64,000 nt of DNA from Lingula anatina (taxonomy: Eukaryota; Animalia; Brachiopoda), in contig CM120643.1 of the NCBI GenBank assembly GCA_051362555.1, positions 12,250,644-12,314,643 on the forward strand. Reading direction: 5' to 3'. Positions 53,201 through 63,851 of this stretch are shown piece after piece. The notes under the pieces were generated by a model, which ran no database searches, had not been told where the DNA came from, and saw only the letters and a program-made list of their open reading frames with translations. The position numbers were made by a program, and so were the translations under genes. The number at the start of each line of letters is the position of its first letter. Position 1 is the stretch's first letter.

Positions 53201-53865
53201 AACATGAGAAGTTAATACTTGTATTACTGCGCCAGGCAGAATAAAAATAAACAACTTAACGTGCACACAAGAGATCCAAGTACGCACACAAGTCGTTTAC
53301 GTCACTACTGTCAGGAATAAAGGCATTAAAGGCATTGGTCACACACACACTCTTAAAGGGTATCGGAGTTCAAAGAATCGTGTCGGCAAAAAAGAAGCGT
53401 ATCGGCAAAAAGTGATGCGTATCGGCAAAAAGAGATGCGTATCGGTGCCGATACGCTATAAAGGCATGGGGAGAACCCTGCTTTTAGTTTACAGACATAC
53501 TGCAACTGTTTGTTATGACCTATATAATTTTCCTGGGAACCAATAGAAAACTGTTCAGTCAGTCCAAGGTACTGATGGCAACAATTTTTAAAACTTCCAT
53601 TTTGAGTTTACAGCCAAAAAGTCCTTTCGGTCTGCCAAAATTTTTCATAACTGGCAGTCTGAAAGTCCTGCTGTTATTAGACATTGTTCACTCGTCTGAA
53701 TTGATATAAACTATTCCTGCTCTATGACCATTGTCACTGTTGAACTAATAGTATATACTTGTCTCCATTTCAGATAAATCACCACGTAAGTCTCCGAAGC
53801 AGTCACCAAGACAGTCCCCCAGAGAGAGGCGTACAAAAAGAGCATCAGGCGCTGGTGATGAATAG
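44168..53865 (+). CDS. SSR1: Translocon-associated protein subunit alpha (TRAP-alpha), complete 9-exon gene: join(44168..44243,45946..46064,47083..47182,47589..47716,48295..48426,50415..50494,50928..51006,51794..51896,53774..53865), 909 nt, 302 aa
   Basis: Manually spliced: all introns are GT..AG and phases are consistent (1,0,1,0,0,2,0,1). The product has a signal peptide, an acidic N-terminus, the TRAP-alpha motifs [47 protein letters not shown] and [21 protein letters not shown], one TM helix, VEMGT..VDFDWIP and a basic tail ending GDE*. Confidence 0.97.
45605..45771. mobile_element. Degenerate family B-related MITE in SSR1 intron 1
   Basis: CTAAGGGGGAATTCA...TGTGAATGAACCC ends; internal CTGATTGCAT and GATTGATCTA motifs shared with the 31063 and 56038 copies. 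Confidence 0.5.
45946..46064 (+). CDS. SSR1: SSR1 exon 2 (acidic region [21 protein letters not shown]...QTDK)
   Basis: Acceptor tttccag, donor AAG|GTGAGG, acidic peptide typical of TRAP-alpha. Confidence 0.93.
46040..46338 (+). repeat. About 70-bp tandem repeat spanning the SSR1 exon 2/intron 2 junction (4 full copies plus 1 partial)
   Basis: CTCTG.AGCTGCTCAGA.GGACA.G.TGAGG.ATGGA..GGGTTTATATCGGGATGAAGGGAGAAATAGG, with units starting near 46040, 46111, 46182, 46254 and 46317. Confidence 0.85.
46343..46488. mobile_element. 146-bp hairpin MITE with CAG TSD (Harbinger-like) in SSR1 intron 2
   Basis: CAG[GGCTCCGTATCTCGAAA...TTTCGAGATACGGAGCC]CAG with about 59-bp arms. Confidence 0.85.
47083..47182 (+). 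CDS. SSR1: SSR1 exon 3 ([33 protein letters not shown])
   Basis: Acceptor ttttcag and conserved SPDADT.LLF.K motif. Donor is AG|GTAGTA; an in-phase alternative donor after 47170 is possible. Confidence 0.92.
47589..47716 (+). CDS. SSR1: SSR1 exon 4
   Basis: [43 protein letters not shown], flanked by tttcag and GTAAGT. Confidence 0.97.
48295..48426 (+). CDS. SSR1: SSR1 exon 5
   Basis: [44 protein letters not shown], flanked by ttttccag and GTAAGT. Confidence 0.97.
50415..50494 (+). CDS. SSR1: SSR1 exon 6
   Basis: [26 protein letters not shown](T), flanked by ttgcag and GTAAGT; contains the N-glycosylation sequon NET. Confidence 0.97.
50928..51006 (+). CDS. SSR1: SSR1 exon 7 (transmembrane helix)
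   Basis: [26 protein letters not shown], flanked by ttctag and GTAAGT. Confidence 0.96.
51359..51542. mobile_element. MITE family F, copy 2, in SSR1 intron 7
   Basis: CAGTGCTGGGGTAGCGCT...AGCGCTACCCCAACAGTG; homologous to 25703-25881. Confidence 0.8.
51794..51896 (+). CDS. SSR1: SSR1 exon 8 (cytosolic domain)
   Basis: [34 protein letters not shown], flanked by ttacag and GTAAGT. Confidence 0.96.
52136..53480. mobile_element. 1345-bp non-autonomous DNA transposon with 14-bp TIR and 6-bp TSD in SSR1 intron 8
   Basis: CTTTTA[CAGGGTTCTCCCCA...TGGGGAGAACCCTG]CTTTTA; subterminal GTATCGGCAAAAA repeats and a CpG-rich interior. Confidence 0.87.
53774..53865 (+). CDS. SSR1: SSR1 exon 9, last coding exon ([30 protein letters not shown])
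   Basis: Acceptor tttcag, phase 1 matches exon 8, stop TAG at 53863-53865. Confidence 0.94.
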
Positions 53866-55834
53866 GAGAGCAAGAAAATGTCTAGAATTTGATATTTATA
53901 AAAAAAAATTAAGGAGATAAGAATTGTTACTTGTCACAAGGCCACCAAATGTTAAAGATTCAAGTGCAAAGAATGAAATGTCGGAATGCCATATGGGACC
54001 TGAGGGTCAGTTGTTCAAGAGCAGAATGGAATGAGCTAGATATTTTGAATGTTTCAACTTGTACCAATAATTGGAAGATATCGCATGTGTAATTGAATGA
54101 ATGTTTCTACAAATATGACAAAGACAAAAAATACTGCACCATCAAAGCCCTGTGATGTCTTCATTCATTGGATACATTTTGCACGAATTGAAATGCAGAA
54201 TGTTAGTTTAAAAAACTATTTTTAAAAAAATAATAAAAGAAAGGAAAAATATGCCTAGTTGTGCAATTCGTGATGAACTTCAGTCTGGTATTGGTCTCAA
54301 AGGTACCTGAAATTTAAAAGGTAAAACCTCACTGAACACAACCATGTTAAAAGATGCTTTATTTGAAGCTGCTGTGGTTATTTTTTGGAAAAAAAGTGTC
54401 GAGTTTGAAAGCAACTTGAAAGCTGATGGTAGGTCTAACTTGCACCATTGCAATTAACTATGAGTTGTGTCCAAGGCATTGTGAGGTGAAGTTCTATTAA
54501 CCCATTTTAGGGTATCTCTTTGTTGAATAATTAGAAATATATTGTATGCACATCAACTGTTTTCATGTACTTACACAACTTCATATCTGATAACTTCATG
54601 GGCTAGTGCTTTACCATATTCAAGGGTTTGTCAAGTTTATAAAGATGCCTTCTGTCACAGAAGCAGCAGTTCTTTTTTTTAAAAATGAAATTTTTGTATT
54701 GACATTTCTTTAGTAACAAGTAAGTTAAAAATTTATTGACTGTTGCTAATTTGTCAATGCAAATGTTTACATTTGGCCCTGATGAAGTATTTTTAATTGT
54801 TTCTTTGCTTTTGGAGATTATAAAGTGAAAAATGTTTAGCTTAAAAGAGGAACTGATTGCTCCATAATTCCACATGCTAGAAGGCCAGTGTAGAGGAGCT
54901 GAATACAGTTAAAGACGCAAGTTAATTTTTTTTTTTTTTTTTTTTTTGGGGGGGGGGGGGGTGTCTCATGGAGTCTAACATAAAATGATCTCCTGAATTG
55001 TTGTAAGATATTTTTTAAAGACAAGATTTATGTGTTAGACTCGGTGATGGTGCTTTGAGTAAGTAATCATATAAACATTTATTCTTTCTCTTGTTAGAAG
55101 TAGTATTTTCATAATCCGCGAAGAGTGCTGTCACTTGAAAATATAGTATGCCATAATATATCTGTAACATTCCCAGAATTGAGCATATTCTTCACTTCTC
55201 TGGAAACTTTCTTTGAATCATGGGTACAAAATTTGTTATCCTGGCTGTCAATTTACGACCAATTCTTTTTGAGGCTCTTTAAAAGAAGGAAGTGCTTTTT
55301 ATGAGGGAATTTTGAAACAGATGGGTATGTTGTCAGATTTAGCCTACATGCATTGCTTTATTATCACATGCAATGGGGAAATTCCACATAATTTGGCACA
55401 GATTCTAAAAAAAACATGATTTGCACAATGCCAAAAGTAGTGAGAATTGATGAGCCTAGATGTGAGTTTCACTTTCATGATCTGTAGTAGTCACTGTTAC
55501 TAATAAACGTACCCAGGCTGATTTAATACGCTGTTGGCTCACGATTTGTCAAATTCATTACCACAGTCATACTTCTGATGCTTTGTACATAATTATTTGC
55601 GTTCATTGCATTTTCCTGTGTTGCAGGACATTTGTGCTGCTGTTGAATTCCAATGACATTGTTCGAAGTATTGATAATGTTGACATTTGCTACATATTTC
55701 ACGTAGAATATAACTGTTCGTGACATTTCTTCTCTGTAAATGTATACCATATAATATTGTATTCATTTATTGCCATTGTACATGCAATGTTTAAATTTTG
55801 CTCATTTCTTTGAAAAACTGGAGCAGCTAAGAGA

Positions 55835-55840
55835 AATAAA
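55835..55840 (+). terminator. Candidate SSR1 polyadenylation signal (other AATAAA at 54232 and 55502)
   Basis: AATAAA followed about 15-25 nt later by a T-rich stretch, about 2 kb after the stop codon. Confidence 0.45.
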
Positions 55841-56037
55841 AGGAGTAAAATAGTACTTTTTTTCTATGGTGAATTAAAAATTCATAGTATGTGAAAAAAG
55901 TGTCCATTTTATTATATCTATATTATTCAGTGAGAGACTAAATTGCCATCAGTTTCTTAGTTGTATTGTCACAGACTGATGTCTTACCACATTCGAGTGC
56001 TGTCATTCCCAAATATTGTCGTGCTCAGACCATCTTA

Positions 56038-56272
56038 GGTATTCATAAATGCATCTATTGTACTAGCTTGTGTGCATTCACTCCACGGGGACTCACTGAA
56101 TGCAATCAGATGAACACCCTTCCTCTTTTTTCCAATGTAATTGTATAATACCCAGTTTTTCTATTTGCACTCCACAATAGGAAGGTGTGTGTTCATCTGA
56201 CTGCATCTAGGGAGAGCCCCTGTGGAGTTAGTGCAGACTAGCTAGTACGATAGATTCATTGTGAATGCACCC
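56038..56272. mobile_element. Family B-related palindromic MITE
   Basis: Inverted arms (GTACTAGCT..ACTCCAC..CAGATGAACAC / GTGTTCATCTG..GTGGAGT..AGCTAGTAC). Confidence 0.7.
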
Positions 56273-56815
56273 TCAAAGTTCTGAGACCTCGGTGGCCAGC
56301 TGCTAAGGTTGTTGCATGCCATTACAGCCTAAAGATGCCTATGGAGTTAAATATTTAATTGATCCTCTCCACAAAACAGCACAAAAAACATCTAGCACAT
56401 CCACATTTGAAAAATTTAAGTGCAGATTACATGCAATGAAAATTAGCCATTATGAGAGTAATTTACCAGTGACAAAGGCAGCCACATATACACCTACCAA
56501 CCCACCCACCAATCTCTGGATGTCAAAACATTATAATGTTACTCCTAAGGCACAGCACTACGTTTGGTTTAAGTACAGAGGGAGAGCATAGGAATATACT
56601 CCAGTATACATGTATGTATAGAGAGAGAGTGGGACGTGAGGGAAAAAACATCTTCGCAGAGATCTTCTACATCAAATGTGAGCTTGGTTAGTTTATTTCA
56701 GCAGTTTTAACATTACCAGAGCGATGAAATTCAATATACAATTATCATACAAATTGTGAAATCTGTGAATGGCGCAGAAGGCGGACATATGGAAGAGACA
56801 GAAGTCAAGCCTTTA

Positions 56816-57412
56816 TGCCCCTATTTCACACAGACCACGAATCCCACAAATCGCCAGGAATTGACAAATTGCAGGATTGGTGAGGATTCGTGAGATTTTG
56901 CAAATTTTCTGGCCTAATTCGACACGCTCTACGATTCAGTTACGATACAGGTGCGATAGTGTTACGAATATTCGTGGGATTCGGCTGGTAGCCTATCGCA
57001 CGAATATTGTCAAAAAAATTCACTACGATTTTTTGGAATCGGGAGTTCGTGGCCAAAATTTTGAATAGCTCAAAATTTGTGCCACGAATTCCCGATTGAT
57101 CAAGAATTGCAAGAACTGACTACGATTATATACGAATCTGTTAAGAACTTCACGAACTGATTACGATTCAACCACGAATCCTGAAATGTGTCAATGCATT
57201 CCTGGCGATTCGTGGGATTCGTGGTCTGTGTGAAATAGGGGCATCAAAGTTTTTGCCGCGAATTCCTGTTGGTCAAGAATTGCAAGAGCTGACTACGAAT
57301 ATATACGAATCTGTTAAGAACTTCACGAACTGATTACGATTCAACCACGAATCCTGAAATTTGTCAATTCCTTGCGATTCGTGGAATTCGTGGTCTGTGT
57401 GAAATAGGGGCA
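56816..57412. mobile_element. Harbinger-like MITE with duplicated right end (TSD TTA)
   Basis: TTA[TGCCCCTATTTCACACAGACCACGAAT...ATTCGTGGTCTGTGTGAAATAGGGGCA]TTA. The right TIR occurs twice (ending 57243 and 57412); many ACGA/TCGT motifs. Confidence 0.88.
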
Positions 57413-57437
57413 TTAGCGGTATCACGCTGTCACTACC

Positions 57438-57740
57438 CAGTGGCGGATTTACAAGTGGGGTCAGGGGGGTCCTGACCACCCCCCCCCCTTCGGTTTCTGA
57501 AAAATATATCACATCAATATTCCCCTCTTGAAATTAGAATTTTGACTAGCTAAATCATAGTTCTAAACTGTACCAAAGGGCACTGTTTTCTCTCCAGAAA
57601 ACCAAAAAATTTTCGGTGTCCTTGAGCAGGTCCCAAACCCTACACCAAGGGGGGCGATGGTCGGCTTCGCATCCGAGGTCTGTTGTTCTGGAACCCCCCC
57701 CCCCCCCCCCCCCCTTCAAATAATCCTGGATCCGCCCATG
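57438..57740. mobile_element. MITE with CAGTGGCGGAT..ATCCGCCCATG ends (family E-related)
   Basis: Terminal inverted repeats and G/C runs. The 3' part (TCGGCTTCGCATCCG..CCTGGATCCGCCC) recurs at about 61183-61234. No TSD seen. Confidence 0.65.
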
Positions 57741-57797
57741 TTGACAATCTGATTGGTAAATAAATCAGTCAACAAAATGAATAAAGAGATAAATAAA

Positions 57798-57956
57798 CAG
57801 GTATAACAGGAGTGGAAGTCCTACGTAGGAATAATGGATTAGTACAGGTTAGGGTTAATTGGAGTATTGGGGTTAGTATTTGGACGAATATCACCTGTAC
57901 GAAGTAATGGGAAGCGGACTACGGTTCCTAGCGGACTTCCATTCCTGTTACACCTG
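57798..57956. mobile_element. Small MITE-like element with 24-bp TIR and internal GGTTAGGGTTA
   Basis: CAGGTATAACAGGAGTGGAAGTCC ... GGACTTCCATTCCTGTTACACCTG; no clear TSD. Confidence 0.65.
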
Positions 57957-59530
57957 AGCTACATGTGTAGTAGGCCCAGTTAGATACTTTTGGACTTGTA
58001 GAGACATCGAATATTTGCACGGCTTTGAGCATATGAAGGTATCACCACTGAGTTTATTGAACTTTCGTGAACAGTTTCAGTAACAACCTCTCACCTAAAA
58101 CGAGCTATACCTGTTGTTATTTGCATAACAACAAGTTGTTCTTCGTAATGAGAGCCGTCTTCCCGAATGCTCACTTGGCAGTTAGACAGAGTCGGGTGTA
58201 GACGCAACAGTATGTGTGGTGCAGTGAGAAGGTCTAGCTTTTATAAGGCGTGGAAGCAAATGTGTATTTGTGAGTATCACTATTTCTTTATCAACCACAG
58301 CCATTAATACTAAAGGCGCAAAAGAATTAGAAAAATATTTACGGCAAATATTTATGACTTGAATCCTTACACTATTTTCCATTGTTACTTGTATGTCACT
58401 CAGAATGGTAGAAATTATTGCTTACAGTGCATTGAGACTCCAAATGTTCAGAATAAATGGCGCATTCATCTGACTTTTGATGATAACCTAAGTTTGCTTG
58501 AAATCCTCTGCACTTTGTAACCCTCTGTTTGAACATTTCGTGTGCCCCGGCCTTGACAATTAATTTTGAATATTTTGACCTAATTTAAAATCTCGTGTGT
58601 GTTTAAATGTAAGTATTACCACCCAAATTAATTAATTGGACGATGCTTGACACCGTTCTGAGCTTCGAATCCAAGGATTTCGAGTGCTCATTGCACAATG
58701 ATTGACAGATACATATTTTACCCCACCTGTCGTCTCCATTGTGCCGTGTGTTGTCCATCCATTACACGGTGCACTTATTGAAAACTTATCATATATGTGC
58801 AATATATTTGTTATACTTTTCGAAGAGAATTTGTAAATGATCTCTTTCTCTGAAATGCGTCAACAGTACAACAACACGTGTTATAACTTTTAACATCAAG
58901 AGGAATATATTAACCGTATTAATGGTCGTGGCGACTCACCCGCCCTGCAAATGAAACAGGTTGTGCTATCAATGTTACTTTTTTAACAAGCGGCCTCAAA
59001 TAGTTATATCTAATTATCATTAACTAATTCCAGATCATAATTTTGGTTTAACGCTGGCTGAACCTGAACATCAGACTAATTAATAAACGTGCACGCAATT
59101 ATTCCATTCATATGTGCCCTCTGCCCTGTGATATTACATGCATTATTAGAATGTACAGAGCCTGTCTGTTTAGTTCAAAGTTGTAAACATTGTTTTATCT
59201 TTTCAGGTGCTCAATGAGATTCTGCACAGCATCGGCCTGAAAGCAACCTATGAAGTCTAGCCTTTGTTTCACACACAGGAACCCACACTCCTGTGTATAT
59301 ATTATATGAAAACTCAATAAAAAAACTATTGTAAATTGGCGTTTTATTTTTCACTTTGTTATGAAATTATTATGATAAGGATAGTAGTAATCATTTTGGA
59401 AAATGAGTTATATTCAGTGTTTGAGGACTTTCAAATTCAATCTGATCTGTAAATAATGTAAATGTTTTTGTGGTTGACGGTTTTCTGTCGTACCTAAATT
59501 TTCTAAAAATAGTTGTAAATGACCAGTATT

Positions 59531-59574
<44 letters not shown>

Positions 59575-59945
59575 CCAAGCTGTTTTAGCGCACTGATATA
59601 AAGTATGCTTTTTAAAAATTCGCGTGAATTTTTTGTTCCATAGCATATGGAACTAATTTGTTTGGATATAATTTTTCCTATATTCATTTATATACGGAGG
59701 GTCCCATTTAAACGGGTTTTGGCCTTTGCTATCGTAAATTGTTTTAAATTGGCGGTCTGTTCTTAGTATAAATACTTTATTTGATACTTGAACATAATGA
59801 AAATGTGGGATGATTCTGAAGTAAGCTTATATCAAGTTAGTTTTTCTTAATGGATACGACTGAAATTGGCCAAAATTCTGCTTTCTGAGAGTAAAACGGA
59901 ACAATTTCAGTTCCTGTTCTATGAACCAAATTGAGATAATTACAA

Positions 59946-60470
59946 GACTCACCCCACCTGTCACCCCTCTGATGCAATGGACTCGCCCCACCTGTCACCC
60001 CTCTAATGCAGTGGACTCGCCCCACCTGTCACCCCTTTTAATGCAGTGGACTCGCCCCACCTGTCACCCCTCTAATGCAGTGGACTCGCCCCACCTGTCA
60101 CCCCTTTTAATGCAGTGGACTCGCCCCACCTGTCACCCCTCTAATGCAGTGGACTTGCCCCACCTGTCACCCCTCTGATGCAATGGACTCGCCCCACCTG
60201 TCACCCCTCTAATGCAGTGGACTCGCCCCACCTGTCACCCCTTTTAATGCAGTGGACTCGCCCCACCTGTCACCCCTTTTAATGCAGTGGACTCGCCCCA
60301 CCTGTCACCAGTCTAATGCAGTGGACTCGCCCCACCTGTCACCCCTTTTAATGCAGTGGACTCGCCCCACTTTCCACCCCCTGTAATGGAATGGAATCGC
60401 CCCAGATAACACCCCTTTATTTGGAATTGAGTCGCCTCACCTGACATCCCTCAATTGCATGGACTTCCCC
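59946..60470. repeat. Minisatellite, 34/35-bp unit (GGACTCGCCCCACCTGTCACCCCT(C/TT)TAATGCAGT), about 15 copies
   Basis: Direct tandem copies without spacers, degenerate at the 3' end. Confidence 0.95.
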
Positions 60471-61899
60471 AACTTGTGTACCACATGACCGTGGCGTACT
60501 CATCAATCTTATTTGCTCCTGTGTTAGCTGACCTTGTAAGCAATTTATTAGAATGAATTTTCTAAACTGAAGTTAAAACAATCCATTAATTCATCACAAA
60601 GGCCAATCAGCTATCAGAATTACTTGGAAACACCTTTTTAATAATTTTGATAAATCTTATTACATAATTGAAGTCTATTTTTATAGTTTTTTTTTAAGCA
60701 TTTCATCATGTCGATCGGTAATTTCGGGTAGGTACCGGCTGCCCGAGGGATCTAAAATCCTCATCGCTCTAGTTGCCGACTAACCCCAACCCCAATTTGT
60801 AATCAGCCATTAGTTGTAGTTAAGACAGCGTATGTGCAAATTGAAGTGGTGCAAAATATGAAATTCTTTGTTCATGTGTTTTTGCCAAAATTAACAAAAA
60901 TGTATACATGTAATTTGTAAATTTCATCAAAATTTATAAACGTTAATAGAACTTGCTGGCAACGTTCCTCGGATCAATGATAATGACAGTGGCGGTGTAC
61001 AACGTAAGAATGACGTTCTCTTAACACTTAATTGTTGATGGTCTAACCAATATATAACCCTGTAATTAAAACGTTCTGTGTAAGCTGGGTATACGTTACC
61101 TTCATCATTTTGCATGTGTTAAAAATATTTATTGACAAGATACCTAATATCTAGTTAAAAAAGGGGGGGGGGGGGGGTAAGATCGGCTTCGCATCCGCGG
61201 ACCCCCCTTTCAATTAGTCCTGGATCCGCCCCTGATTACTAGCAACCAAACTCCACTTTCCTGATAACTTATAAGAGAACACCTGTCGAACCTTTGTCAC
61301 TGCAACTTTTACCATTTTTACCATTACTATTATTATTTATTACTCCGATTAATAGCAGAAAAGAAATTTTAGACGTTTAAATAAAGCTAATTTTGAAATA
61401 TAGACTTCGACCATAACGTTTTATTCGTTGATATTCGTTCTAGTCGCATAACACACATACTTGACGTTGAACTCGGGGTGCATCTTAGAACACGTGAGCC
61501 GTCTGTTTTGGTCATGTGATGATGCTTGCATCTAAATACAAGACTAAGGTGATAGCATTGTACGTAACACATCTTAGCATCTATGATATTTTCTTCCCTC
61601 TTATTGTATAATTTATTTATGTTTTACCAAAAATATATAAATAGATTTATACTAAAATTGATTAATTGAGAAAGTAATGCAAATCTTGTCAATGGCTTTT
61701 GTTTTATTTCTGGAGCCATTCTACTTTTGTGTAATGCCACACATGATCTTATTTAGGTCATGAAGGAAGTGACATTGGCAAGGAGCTCATTGCGTTGCTG
61801 CAGTCTGTTTCAAAATTATAACAATGTGACGGATAATCGCCTTGGCAGAAAGTTAAGTGGACTGGGTAGAGCTTAAACCCCCTGTAATTCTCATAAACC

Positions 61900-62122
61900 A
61901 TGGGCAATCACGGGAGAAATCGGTTGTTGTCTGGCGCTCTTCTACTCGCGTGGATTTCCTCCAGCTGGGCCTTGCACCCGTCGCAGGCACGTATGCTTGT
62001 TCAGTTTGTGGAAAGGGACGACTTTAAACCAGTGCATACGCTAAAGCCCTCCAATGTGTCCGAGGACTGCAAAAGAGGCATCCACAGAATTATCAGTGGA
62101 CGGCGATTTGATGATTACGCTG
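61900..62122 (+). CDS. nrf-6: nrf-6/O-acyltransferase-like (NRF domain) protein, exon 1 with signal peptide
   Basis: MGNHGRNRLLSGALLLAWISSSWA signal peptide and NVSEDC motif typical of the NRF-domain start. Donor G|GTAAAA is phase 1, compatible with the next exon. Confidence 0.75.
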
Positions 62123-62701
62123 GTAAAATAGCTTTTAAAATGTTTATATGCGATAAAATATTTGGATTGTTGTTTGTACATTAAAACATAAATGAATACA
62201 ATTTTCAGATGAGATTTTAAGTTCAAACGAATCTGTATAAAAAGCCACTGTCAGCACAATGAAGTTGAGAGTGCAACTGGTAACTTTCCTCGGTACCCAG
62301 TATATATATATATACTCCTGCACTCAGCTACCCCTTCATTAAAGTACTGGTACTGTATGTGGCCTCTCAGATTTAGGGTCGTCGCCCTCACATTAATAAA
62401 GTATTAGAGTGAATAGTCTCACAGTAGCACTTTCTGTTACGTTATATTTATAATTTACTAAATTGTGCTACAGAATACACCAGCTATGTATAGTTGCTGG
62501 TACCCGTACTCCAGAAATGGGAGGGGAGGGCAACCCCAGCTGGAGTCACCAAGTCTGACTTCTCTCACTTTTACAAGGTACCATACAAAAAGAAAAAAAT
62601 GACACGGTTTGCTAAATCTAGAGTCTCCATTTGGGGTAGGCCCATTTTTCCTGGAATTAAATATATATGTGTATGCCGTAGCAGTATAGCAAAAATGATA
62701 A

Positions 62702-62795
62702 GTGTGAACAAAAGTGATGGAGTTTGATTAAATTCATACTACATGCATGTGTGAACAAAAGTGATGGAGTTAGATTAAATTCATACTACAGGCAT
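62702..62795. repeat. About 47-bp direct tandem duplication
   Basis: GTGTGAACAAAAGTGATGGAGTT.GATTAAATTCATACTACA.GCAT twice. Confidence 0.85.
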
Positions 62796-63331
62796 ATCAC
62801 TCACAGTATCAGTGACATATCAGCTTTACCAGTGATAGTAGTCACACTATGAAATCAGTAATTTTGTTTATGTTTGATTGGGCCATCTTATGAGAGCCAA
62901 TATGTATGATAGTGAACTGATAAGGCTTGTAAATGTATGTTGTTTTTTTCTTGATACTGACAGACATTTGTGAGGTATTTCTACCTCTCTTGCACCTGAC
63001 ATATCATCTTTACCAGGATCACACAGAGAGTATTTACTTTTAGCAGTATTTGGCAACAGCAAGAATTTTTTCAAAAAAATCATCATCTAGTTGGCTTCAG
63101 GTAGATAACACATGGCCTATACCATATTGCGACAGGGCTCTAACATAGGATAATACATGTGAAATCTATGGGTGACGTGACAAGTGTTACAATTAATTGT
63201 CATAACTGAAAGTACTTGCGTGATGTGGGGAAAACTTTGTGGTCCATGGTGTTGTTCATGTTGCTTTGACAATTAAGATTATTATGTGGACTGTGCCTCA
63301 GCTTGAATCCCGGGTGAGATAGATCAATCCT

Positions 63332-63606
63332 CAGGCCTACCCAACTACCAGACTTGGCACATAAGGATCCTGAATTAACAGGTATATCGGACCACACTAC
63401 CTGTTTTCAAGGTGTGTGTCAGATTGCATTTGGAGTATCAGTCAGAACACCGACAGGATGAGCCTGCGGTCGTCCAAAAAAAATTGTTCTGGGATATGAT
63501 ACTCCGAAATGCGATCTGACACACACCTTGAAAATGGGAAGTGTGGTCCGATATACCAGTTAATTCAGGATCCCTATGTGCCGAGTCTGGTAGTTGGGTA
63601 GGCCTG
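63332..63606. mobile_element. MITE family A, copy 3 (275 bp, TSD ATCCT/ATCTT), in nrf-6-like intron 1
   Basis: Same TIRs; internally deleted and inverted relative to copy 1. Confidence 0.92.
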
Positions 63607-63693
63607 ATCTTGCTAGTATGATAATTCTGAACATAGCCTTATATTGTAGCCTTATATTGTTGGTTCTTTCACTTGGTACCATATATATTCCAG

Positions 63694-63851
63694 CTCTGGA
63701 TGCTTTTGGTAAAGTTGTCTCTGGCCATGTGACTGGCAATAATGCCTGGCTGGGCAGCTATGACCTGTGTCTGGACATCCCAGATGTCCACTACTCCTTG
63801 GCCTTGATGCAGATCAGCTGGCTACTACCAGTTGAGAGACAACAAAACCAT
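63694..63851 (+). CDS. nrf-6: nrf-6/O-acyltransferase-like protein, exon 2 (gene continues beyond window)
   Basis: ALDAFGKVVSGHVTGNNAWLGSYDLCLDI matches the NRF signature LDA.GK..SG...GN..WLG.Y..C; flanked by ttccag and GTAAGT. Confidence 0.85.

Noticed and set aside
53786-53791. Perfect GTAAGT donor inside SSR1 exon 9
   Set aside because: The exon reads through to the conserved-type GDE* end, and no phase-compatible downstream exon was identified.
57849-57880. Interstitial telomeric repeat (GGTTAGGGTTA)
   Set aside because: Only 1-2 units, lying inside a small TIR element.
59946-60470. CRISPR-like array of about 34-bp repeats, and ORF 59921-60178
   Set aside because: The repeats are contiguous with no unique spacers and no cas genes, in a eukaryotic context; the ORF is only the translated minisatellite.
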